Positions 12,001 to 19,251 of a stretch of DNA of 64,000 bases are shown here, in pieces. A program made the translations under genes and the position numbers. Position 1 is the stretch's first letter, and every line of letters begins with the position of its first letter. The stretch comes from Stramenopiles sp. TOSAG23-6. Its lineage: Eukaryota. Below the pieces are notes generated by a model. That model did no database searches and was not told where the DNA came from. It saw only the letters and a program-made list of their open reading frames with translations. The DNA lies in the NCBI GenBank assembly GCA_900128565.1, contig LT635914.1:1-64000 (forward strand). Direction: 5' to 3'.

Positions 12001-12829
12001 TTCTGACAACAAAACTTTGACTTGTGGAGATGACACAGGTAATATTTATATAATGCAAATATACGAACCACTGGCTGGTTTAGGACAAATCAATCGAATA
12101 TTTACAATGAACATTTTATACCAGCGGTGGGGAAAGGTCGTAGATAAATTTGGTTCTATAATCAGTTGCAGCGATTCAAAATCACCCAAACAAAATAAAA
12201 AGGCTAGAAAAGGAAGAAAGAGAAGTATAGGTTGGGCGGTATTAGAAAAAAAAATAAGGTCAAGGGCTAAATGGAAGCGTGAAAATAATTCATATTTGAT
12301 TGCAAATTTATCCAGATCGGAAGATAATGAAGACAACCAAGAAAAAAGAGATTCTTTGGATATTATAGATTTATTCCAACAAAAAGGAATGATTTACAAC
12401 AGATTTATCATTGATGCTCAGTCTCGTTTAAAATTGACATTCTGGGAATTGCGGGATTTTTACATTACTTCTATTGCGTCAAAAATTCACGAAAATCATC
12501 GTAAGCTTTTTCTAAAATTTGACGGTACTTACACTTCAAACAAAGTAATTGTCGGAGGAAAAAGTTTTGATTTTTCTAATTTAAGTTTTGAAGACCTTCC
12601 GTGTACATCGCAGTATCGCCTCCTGGAAGTAGCTACTGCCGCAGTGAATGTAATTATGTCACATTTCCTTCAATGTTGCTCAAGTGAAGCATTGAGATTG
12701 GAGTTTTCCATCTTGCCAGAGCACTGTGTTCAAGTATTTGACCAGTTATCTGACGAAAGTATCGACACGCGCCTCGTAAATGAAGCATTAAATTTAGTAT
12801 TTATTGAATTCCAGAATAATAAAAAATAA
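6056..12829 (+). CDS. TEP1/NWD-like STAND protein: TPR-like and disordered N-terminus, DUF4062-like domain, NACHT-like NTPase, WD40 repeats
   Basis: VYIYLA..FEEEHWVFHNVVVPLL..FYVALIGEEYGWIP (DUF4062-like); GIGVTT, HFVGASPNS and LLICIDDAHKL (NACHT of TEP1/NWD type); many GH...W/WD repeats; first ATG at 6056. Confidence 0.82.
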   Translation: MLGNASEPRXFAKXLPEMEGFDVVGSFFGRGSGHTXKKSTAVEVENAKTAKHEIVPQIDNDVQNRIEVPEKKKKKKIRKKKSRKELCKEQIAQERFPAAITTAKKGILMNPKDIEMHKLLAMAERMERQRTEHVSASWLKRRIRKNRXPVLKISEFDTSKTFEHTEPMNASADIIPRPDPVNPGATQITAKXMQRGRKAKXSSMKLSDSKSIPYHVKKQEDFXRYNKSLQRLRTTGNPSSSEMRTQTKYGNSGNQYKQRIRPSTAPAMLSKEKKVSGKSGNINYQRQRKLLATFGIPFDLESKTRXYXNNRKAFSAQRGMRPSTSCSPXKKYFXGDKKXKSTSLSPRRRSNNSRFPDVEEVYPIKINSHVHLPHLNIKMPIPIQTLHAHHIHNDCTEIRLSSHYTNISSKQMSQGKTRQKPINQKNAXQRELILMHREDCASHHCMIWGEGEAALRAHGFQRNVYIYLAXVGKGFEEEHWVFHNVVVPLLNRRLKEKNLCIXVQLKDGSHVETSLNLLENMQRGIKTCKPFYVALIGEEYGWIPDTKLCGANGVRSLFHMTIKAMNRSALPSHRFIYNRILKNNTKISKENXNLNLLEIDIKSYDEKFSKSCRNTYECRQGALNEVNSIDRLSLNTLASIAIDDIFEALQYEFGFDCSPCTYGLPGNYDSVKTSQSKLEVSGHKLLIQESFLHQHLVSQYTSQYVPYFSDDFNDRVVDEIMDELWTAGEHGKPLVWERPLNLAGIGVTTLCAKIAHVCPKVCKEKERNSVISLSHFVGASPNSYDCRRMLFRLCFELQXRFEICVNTRIPGEYSSLRPYFFNLLDKVXLKAERDNLQLLICIDDAHKLSVPYKSEEFDWIPYRFRNNGHIMIMITMPMGKLPKGKPETXVFDIKHLLPSGKTLIKFSTLVVKSXIRRSNIASKSLXHRNIDNTLISLIDMXSNTEFQNITITPLYLEIATYIFFSEDLGVSRKSFPNSLDGIINCVITHFEETFGYDVTCNLFSLIHLSLFGIFTCDIPNILKIVETXRKQSYTKKGLLDALISSMRGFLQLVELSPYPNMLCIXHERISQIIEAKYLGGPGSANRDIYVSALVQWCRSVSDPYCDYSFRKPNPYALQVYPFYLCQLQDPSKMGFLQICSVFCNLRFLKAYXVLDGASVYELIDHFXYLLPNILAKPNLICESFINSEKLKPLTENVITXENGTXTKILPDCLRSRRGEIVQGIQKYLTSKGNENSKPVKSAIPKMLRFPEISIDNTLKRFTTMFTKSITEHFFFLRERSIELNSSPTKIFQQALXSQGISSIAADFCTSTLESNIDTFGACPILIQQKLLCKDTERKDAXHVYADMRMNVMCMSPNKAQALIGFENANLQIITIDETMTVDKSLEGHTSGITSVSWCRECIASGDRAGDILIWXSPEYELTSRIXGGHSSSXVSDISLTYNGLWIVSVSSDSAIRFWNCKKSXEQVTSWSAAYELSQFTAVDFSPFGDKCAVGNITGNIILFDTDXISGSKIVIEIKYTAHHLDRVTSLTWXQSNDVFCTTSLDGCAMLWSTTGNMFLGKNPNNGGCICVLREDKGHSRGLLSAAFXDEKEGELITCGLDNSILLWDIKKCKVIRSISGHNDAVSGCDFLHDGTITSCSHDTTVRLFLHTGMQLGSSSDKRLMLNGKTHKHSNXVMCCKVSHDSRYVACGSLDLSLHLWDIQLNQLACKLKGHIDSVLSIAFASPQKXGEIILFSGGDDVDSKIVAWKFSTAIQSKXKKQPHASLLASELSTMAAHNTGITCLVVNEDRLISGDKNSLIAIWGSGSKTNAWSNPXKLYNVNLKFGPISSFVLSTNSGEDGSYLVVMNDVGVVNTHCVDLENSSLSLRNATPNWNASNHPKLRGRLSAMCIAADGNLIAIGDDISNIAXWNTLSLARKPEISTLPGAFAGHSAAISTLAFSPNLMFLVSGGYDQRMMLWCPXTGYRYCEYKFYVCITAIFVSSDNKTLTCGDDTGNIYIMQIYEPLAGLGQINRIFTMNILYQRWGKVVDKFGSIISCSDSKSPKQNKKARKGRKRSIGWAVLEKKIRSRAKWKRENNSYLIANLSRSEDNEDNQEKRDSLDIIDLFQQKGMIYNRFIIDAQSRLKLTFWELRDFYITSIASKIHENHRKLFLKFDGTYTSNKVIVGGKSFDFSNLSFEDLPCTSQYRLLEVATAAVNVIMSHFLQCCSSEALRLEFSILPEHCVQVFDQLSDESIDTRLVNEALNLVFIEFQNNKK

Positions 12830-12931
12830 ATGTAAAATCAATAAATCTCATAGGTTTCATCAAAGCTTTTTGCAAGTAATCTTTTTGTGGCAATTTACAT
12901 TAAAAACGGATAGATATATCCTATGACTCAA

Positions 12932-14593
12932 CTAATCTGTTTTTTGTCTTTTTTTATATCTACCAACATCGCCTTCTTCTTCATCAGAGTCTGGCATATT
13001 TGTACCCNTGCCACTTTCAACGACAGCGCGAATCAAACCGAACAGTTTCTCCGCAGTCGGTCGTTCCAATTCCTTAATCAAAAGTGGCGCCAAAAGTTTC
13101 GCAATATCATGTTTTTGTTTGATTTTGAAGGAGTTCCAAATAGAGCCCCAGAATGGGGCAGTTATCATATTTCTATTGTAATATTTCATATACGTACGGA
13201 CCCAAGTACCGCTATCAAAAGAGGGCTTATCTGGAATCGGATTATCAAGAAAATTNATTAAGGTTTCTACCGGCCTTTTTCGTTCTTCTTCAGGCATCCA
13301 ATAAATATGTTTTTGAAAATGCTCACGAAATGATCGATTCCACAGTATTATATTTTGGCCTAATAAAACCTCTACCATGATTACACCAACACTAAACATA
13401 TCCATATTTTTCATATTTCCATCATTCCCCAAAAATGACTCAAANCCTTTAAGTAATTCATCACTTGCACTCTCAAAATCGAGATTATTTTGAAGATGTG
13501 AAAACCAATTCGCGATATTTGGTGGNCCAACAGGGTTCACAGAGTGTATCAAAGCTTCATTATAAGGATATGTCACTGATTTTGGGTCACAACCCCAACC
13601 AGAATCACTCCATGATGTATGACTTTGATTATATACAAATGTATCAAAACGGGCAATATCTTCTGGACTCATACCTTTTTGACNCTTAAAGCCATATTCT
13701 TCCTTATAACTTGCCACAATATCTTCGTATTCACCATTTAACTCTACACATGAATTACCAAAGTCTCCAATACGAATTGTAGAATTTTCAAAATCCACAA
13801 ATAAATTCTCTGGTTTTAAATCCATATGGTAAACTCCTTTTGAGTGCATTGATCTGAGGCCATTTGCTGCACTTAAAAAGATACTACAAAACCAATCAAA
13901 AATACTTGATTTTTTCCAGTGTTCCAAAACCAGNACATTAAATAAACTATCAAACTCATTGCTTGCACCGGGTATTTTCTCTTCGATTAAATCTTTGGGC
14001 ATTGTTTTTGACATAAAACTTATATTATATATTAGATCAATTATTTCTTTCAGATTTCTGGAATTATTCACAATTCTGGGACCAATTATTTGCGGCTGAA
14101 CGTTCACACTTGGGCGACCCCTTTCAATCTTCTCAAAAACAATGGTTGGATTAGGAGCGAAAGCACCATCTTGATAAAAGCTTCCGATGTAACCCACCAA
14201 ATTTTTACGTAAGCATTCACTCTGTTTTGCCTTACATATTAAGTTAGAAAACGCAATTTCTCTTGTCATTGAATAAGGTAGCGCTGGTTCAATAAACTCT
14301 TTTAATGCTACTTGNTTATCACAATCAGCATCCGANTCAAAATATTCTTTTGTTGATTCAGTGCGTTTCATTGTCCCGCCACTTACGATTCCATATGTAC
14401 CTCTACCAATTTCTTCTGCTTTAGTAAAATCTCTCGAGTTTAAAGAGCCAACCTTCCAACTTCCCATCGTAGTATTAAAAATAGTTATAGAATCACCAAG
14501 TGCTACATCTAAAACTCTTTCAGCGTCTCCTACTGCTGCTTCAACAACCGAATTTATTCGAATTACCAAAACTATCAAGACTACAAACTTCAT
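12932..14593 (-). CDS. Divergent Ser/Thr protein kinase with a predicted N-terminal signal peptide
   Basis: IGRGTYGIV, VALKE, HMDLKPENL, IGDFG and DMFSVGV motifs; hydrophobic N-terminus MKFVVLIVLVIRINSVVEAA. Confidence 0.88.
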   Translation of the reverse strand: MKFVVLIVLVIRINSVVEAAVGDAERVLDVALGDSITIFNTTMGSWKVGSLNSRDFTKAEEIGRGTYGIVSGGTMKRTESTKEYFXSDADCDXQVALKEFIEPALPYSMTREIAFSNLICKAKQSECLRKNLVGYIGSFYQDGAFAPNPTIVFEKIERGRPSVNVQPQIIGPRIVNNSRNLKEIIDLIYNISFMSKTMPKDLIEEKIPGASNEFDSLFNXLVLEHWKKSSIFDWFCSIFLSAANGLRSMHSKGVYHMDLKPENLFVDFENSTIRIGDFGNSCVELNGEYEDIVASYKEEYGFKXQKGMSPEDIARFDTFVYNQSHTSWSDSGWGCDPKSVTYPYNEALIHSVNPVXPPNIANWFSHLQNNLDFESASDELLKXFESFLGNDGNMKNMDMFSVGVIMVEVLLGQNIILWNRSFREHFQKHIYWMPEEERKRPVETLXNFLDNPIPDKPSFDSGTWVRTYMKYYNRNMITAPFWGSIWNSFKIKQKHDIAKLLAPLLIKELERPTAEKLFGLIRAVVESGXGTNMPDSDEEEGDVGRYKKRQKTD

Positions 14594-14843
14594 TTTCAAA
14601 TACTGTAAGCCTACTTTATACCAATAGTTTATTAAAAATGATGACTGCGGAGCAATCGATTATTGTGAAATAAAGTAAAAAGGAAAGAGCAATGAAAAAG
14701 AGATGGGTTAGTTATACCATATGTATACCTATATATGTTCAGAAAGAGCCAGTTCGGCCGGTGTACCGGGTATCGTTCCGCTCGTGCGCGTCGGTCATTT
14801 GCAAGTTCCTTTGCTATGCAGCTACTCGCATTGTAATATTTCC

Positions 14844-15926
14844 ATGACAACACCAAGTCCTGAGAATATGACGACTATTAATGATGACCTTTCAGCTAAA
14901 GCAGACGAGCTTCGATCTCTCCTCGCAAACCAAAAAGAGCTTGTACGGGGCATGAAAAAAGATAAGGGAAATCATTCTGCTGAAGAGATTAAGGCTGCTG
15001 TTACAAAGATGCAAAAGTTGGCGAAAGATCTACGGTTAGTACTCAAAGACGTCAGCGTCGATTTAGAAGTTCCTGACGAGGCAGCTTTGCAAAAACTTTT
15101 GAAACAACGTTTTTTCGTTGTCCCATCTTTTGAGATCTATGGAGGTTGTGGTGGGCTCTACGATTTCGGTCCTCCTGGTTGTGCCCTCAAGGCCAACTTC
15201 ATTTCTCTGTGGCGCAATCACTTTGTGATGCAGGAAAATATGTTAGAAGTTGACTGCACTAATCTTACACCAGAATCCGTTCTCAAGACATCAGGGCATG
15301 TAGACCTTTTCACCGATCTCATGGTGAAAGATCTTGTCACTGGTGAACCTCACCGTGCTGACAAACTTCTTGAACTTCATATTGAAGAGCTATTGAAAGA
15401 TGTAGAAATGCCAACTGCTAAACGCAGGGAGCTCGAACGGATTCATGCTCAGGCTGATGCTTTTTCACCAACTGAACTCGATTCACAATTCGAACGATTC
15501 GGTATTAAATCNCCAACGACTGACAACGAGTTAAGTACTTCTTTCCCTTTTAATCTAATGTTTGCTACAACAATCGGCCCAGAAGGCCATAATAAAGGTT
15601 TCCTCCGTCCTGANACTGCACAAGGAATTTTTGTTAACTTTAAGCGACTCCTTGAATTTAATGCAGGCAAAATGCCATTTGCTGCTGCACAGGTAGGCAT
15701 TGGCTTTCGCAATGAAATTTCTCCTCGCGGTGGACTCATTCGCGTTCGTGANTTTCCAATGGCTGAAATTGAACATTTTGTTAACCCTAACAATAAGAAA
15801 CATCCAAAATTTAAACATATTTCTGATATGAAGATTCCACTTTTTCCAAGTTCTTCTCAACTTGGCGATGGAAAGTTATGTGAGATATCTATAGGAGAAG
15901 CAGTAAAAAATGGAGTAGTCGATAAT
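14844..15926 (+). CDS. GARS1: Glycyl-tRNA synthetase (eukaryotic alpha2 type, WHEP-like N-terminus); first exon only, truncated by the fold-back
   Basis: [55 protein letters not shown] and [24 protein letters not shown] motifs. Homology ends at AAT|GTACGT. Start may be 14844 (in-frame upstream ATG at 14721). Confidence 0.93.
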
Positions 15927-16040
15927 GTACGTTTTCACTACATTTTACATATATTTTGTTTTTTCGTGTTTTTTACGAAAAAAAAAATTTGTACTTGAAA
16001 ATTGTTTTTTTTACTCAAAAAAAAAAAAAAAAAAAAAAAT
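15927..16040 (+). other. 5' part of a GlyRS intron running into the fold-back centre
   Basis: GTACGT donor followed by T/A tracts; no downstream exon in the window. Confidence 0.75.
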
Positions 16041-16154
16041 ATTTTTTTTTTTTTTTTTTTTTTTGAGTAAAAAAAACAATTTTCAAGTACAAATTTTTTT
16101 TTTCGTAAAAAACACGAAAAAACAAAATATATGTAAAATGTAGTGAAAACGTAC

Positions 16155-17237
16155 ATTATCGACTACTCCATTTTTTACTGCTTCTCCTATAGATATCTCA
16201 CATAACTTTCCATCGCCAAGTTGAGAAGAACTTGGAAAAAGTGGAATCTTCATATCAGAAATATGTTTAAATTTTGGATGTTTCTTATTGTTAGGGTTAA
16301 CAAAATGTTCAATTTCAGCCATTGGAAANTCACGAACGCGAATGAGTCCACCGCGAGGAGAAATTTCATTGCGAAAGCCAATGCCTACCTGTGCAGCAGC
16401 AAATGGCATTTTGCCTGCATTAAATTCAAGGAGTCGCTTAAAGTTAACAAAAATTCCTTGTGCAGTNTCAGGACGGAGGAAACCTTTATTATGGCCTTCT
16501 GGGCCGATTGTTGTAGCAAACATTAGATTAAAAGGGAAAGAAGTACTTAACTCGTTGTCAGTCGTTGGNGATTTAATACCGAATCGTTCGAATTGTGAAT
16601 CGAGTTCAGTTGGTGAAAAAGCATCAGCCTGAGCATGAATCCGTTCGAGCTCCCTGCGTTTAGCAGTTGGCATTTCTACATCTTTCAATAGCTCTTCAAT
16701 ATGAAGTTCAAGAAGTTTGTCAGCACGGTGAGGTTCACCAGTGACAAGATCTTTCACCATGAGATCGGTGAAAAGGTCTACATGCCCTGATGTCTTGAGA
16801 ACGGATTCTGGTGTAAGATTAGTGCAGTCAACTTCTAACATATTTTCCTGCATCACAAAGTGATTGCGCCACAGAGAAATGAAGTTGGCCTTGAGGGCAC
16901 AACCAGGAGGACCGAAATCGTAGAGCCCACCACAACCTCCATAGATCTCAAAAGATGGGACAACGAAAAAACGTTGTTTCAAAAGTTTTTGCAAAGCTGC
17001 CTCGTCAGGAACTTCTAAATCGACGCTGACGTCTTTGAGTACTAACCGTAGATCTTTCGCCAACTTTTGCATCTTTGTAACAGCAGCCTTAATCTCTTCA
17101 GCAGAATGATTTCCCTTATCTTTTTTCATGCCCCGTACAAGCTCTTTTTGGTTTGCGAGGAGAGATCGAAGCTCGTCTGCTTTAGCTGAAAGGTCATCAT
17201 TAATAGTCGTCATATTCTCAGGACTTGGTGTTGTCAT
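16155..17237 (-). CDS. GARS1: Glycyl-tRNA synthetase exon 1 (copy 2, partial gene)
   Basis: Mirror of 14844-15926. Confidence 0.9.
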
Positions 17238-17487
17238 GGAAATATTACAATGCGAGTAGCTGCATAGCAAAGGAACTTGCAAATGACCGACGCGCACGAG
17301 CGGAACGATACCCGGTACACCGGCCGAACTGGCTCTTTCTGAACATATATAGGTATACATATGGTATAACTAACCCATCTCTTTTTCATTGCTCTTTCCT
17401 TTTTACTTTATTTCACAATAATCGATTGCTCCGCAGTCATCATTTTTAATAAACTATTGGTATAAAGTAGGCTTACAGTATTTGAAA

Positions 17488-19149
17488 ATGAAGTTTGTAG
17501 TCTTGATAGTTTTGGTAATTCGAATAAATTCGGTTGTTGAAGCAGCAGTAGGAGACGCTGAAAGAGTTTTAGATGTAGCACTTGGTGATTCTATAACTAT
17601 TTTTAATACTACGATGGGAAGTTGGAAGGTTGGCTCTTTAAACTCGAGAGATTTTACTAAAGCAGAAGAAATTGGTAGAGGTACATATGGAATCGTAAGT
17701 GGCGGGACAATGAAACGCACTGAATCAACAAAAGAATATTTTGANTCGGATGCTGATTGTGATAANCAAGTAGCATTAAAAGAGTTTATTGAACCAGCGC
17801 TACCTTATTCAATGACAAGAGAAATTGCGTTTTCTAACTTAATATGTAAGGCAAAACAGAGTGAATGCTTACGTAAAAATTTGGTGGGTTACATCGGAAG
17901 CTTTTATCAAGATGGTGCTTTCGCTCCTAATCCAACCATTGTTTTTGAGAAGATTGAAAGGGGTCGCCCAAGTGTGAACGTTCAGCCGCAAATAATTGGT
18001 CCCAGAATTGTGAATAATTCCAGAAATCTGAAAGAAATAATTGATCTAATATATAATATAAGTTTTATGTCAAAAACAATGCCCAAAGATTTAATCGAAG
18101 AGAAAATACCCGGTGCAAGCAATGAGTTTGATAGTTTATTTAATGTNCTGGTTTTGGAACACTGGAAAAAATCAAGTATTTTTGATTGGTTTTGTAGTAT
18201 CTTTTTAAGTGCAGCAAATGGCCTCAGATCAATGCACTCAAAAGGAGTTTACCATATGGATTTAAAACCAGAGAATTTATTTGTGGATTTTGAAAATTCT
18301 ACAATTCGTATTGGAGACTTTGGTAATTCATGTGTAGAGTTAAATGGTGAATACGAAGATATTGTGGCAAGTTATAAGGAAGAATATGGCTTTAAGNGTC
18401 AAAAAGGTATGAGTCCAGAAGATATTGCCCGTTTTGATACATTTGTATATAATCAAAGTCATACATCATGGAGTGATTCTGGTTGGGGTTGTGACCCAAA
18501 ATCAGTGACATATCCTTATAATGAAGCTTTGATACACTCTGTGAACCCTGTTGGNCCACCAAATATCGCGAATTGGTTTTCACATCTTCAAAATAATCTC
18601 GATTTTGAGAGTGCAAGTGATGAATTACTTAAAGGNTTTGAGTCATTTTTGGGGAATGATGGAAATATGAAAAATATGGATATGTTTAGTGTTGGTGTAA
18701 TCATGGTAGAGGTTTTATTAGGCCAAAATATAATACTGTGGAATCGATCATTTCGTGAGCATTTTCAAAAACATATTTATTGGATGCCTGAAGAAGAACG
18801 AAAAAGGCCGGTAGAAACCTTAATNAATTTTCTTGATAATCCGATTCCAGATAAGCCCTCTTTTGATAGCGGTACTTGGGTCCGTACGTATATGAAATAT
18901 TACAATAGAAATATGATAACTGCCCCATTCTGGGGCTCTATTTGGAACTCCTTCAAAATCAAACAAAAACATGATATTGCGAAACTTTTGGCGCCACTTT
19001 TGATTAAGGAATTGGAACGACCGACTGCGGAGAAACTGTTCGGTTTGATTCGCGCTGTCGTTGAAAGTGGCANGGGTACAAATATGCCAGACTCTGATGA
19101 AGAAGAAGGCGATGTTGGTAGATATAAAAAAAGACAAAAAACAGATTAG
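17488..19149 (+). CDS. Signal-peptide protein kinase (copy 2)
   Basis: Mirror of 12932-14593. Confidence 0.86.
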   Translation: MKFVVLIVLVIRINSVVEAAVGDAERVLDVALGDSITIFNTTMGSWKVGSLNSRDFTKAEEIGRGTYGIVSGGTMKRTESTKEYFXSDADCDXQVALKEFIEPALPYSMTREIAFSNLICKAKQSECLRKNLVGYIGSFYQDGAFAPNPTIVFEKIERGRPSVNVQPQIIGPRIVNNSRNLKEIIDLIYNISFMSKTMPKDLIEEKIPGASNEFDSLFNXLVLEHWKKSSIFDWFCSIFLSAANGLRSMHSKGVYHMDLKPENLFVDFENSTIRIGDFGNSCVELNGEYEDIVASYKEEYGFKXQKGMSPEDIARFDTFVYNQSHTSWSDSGWGCDPKSVTYPYNEALIHSVNPVXPPNIANWFSHLQNNLDFESASDELLKXFESFLGNDGNMKNMDMFSVGVIMVEVLLGQNIILWNRSFREHFQKHIYWMPEEERKRPVETLXNFLDNPIPDKPSFDSGTWVRTYMKYYNRNMITAPFWGSIWNSFKIKQKHDIAKLLAPLLIKELERPTAEKLFGLIRAVVESGXGTNMPDSDEEEGDVGRYKKRQKTD

Positions 19150-19251
19150 TTGAGTCATAGGATATATCTATCCGTTTTTAATGTAAATTGCCACAAAAAG
19201 ATTACTTGCAAAAAGCTTTGATGAAACCTATGAGATTTATTGATTTTACAT

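Larger units (their letters stand above)
1..16040 (+). repeat. Copy 1 (partial, forward) of the 17,518-nt unit
   Basis: ORF coordinates mirror about 16040.5 (e.g. 253+31828=32081, 1122+30959=32081) with identical translations. Confidence 0.97.

Noticed and set aside
6056-12829. Calling the gene TEP1 and linking it to telomere or hairpin maintenance of the repeat
   Set aside because: No TROVE domain is recognisable, orthology is unproven, and nothing ties it to the palindromes.
1415-15751. Ns hiding recoded stop codons or an alternative genetic code
   Set aside because: Most N-containing codons (GTN, GCN, TCN, GAN) cannot be stops, and genes end at normal TAA/TAG.
15925-16156. Overlapping 72-aa K/F-rich ORFs on both strands across the palindrome centre (also 50961-51192)
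   Set aside because: Translation of intron homopolymers mirrored by the fold-back.
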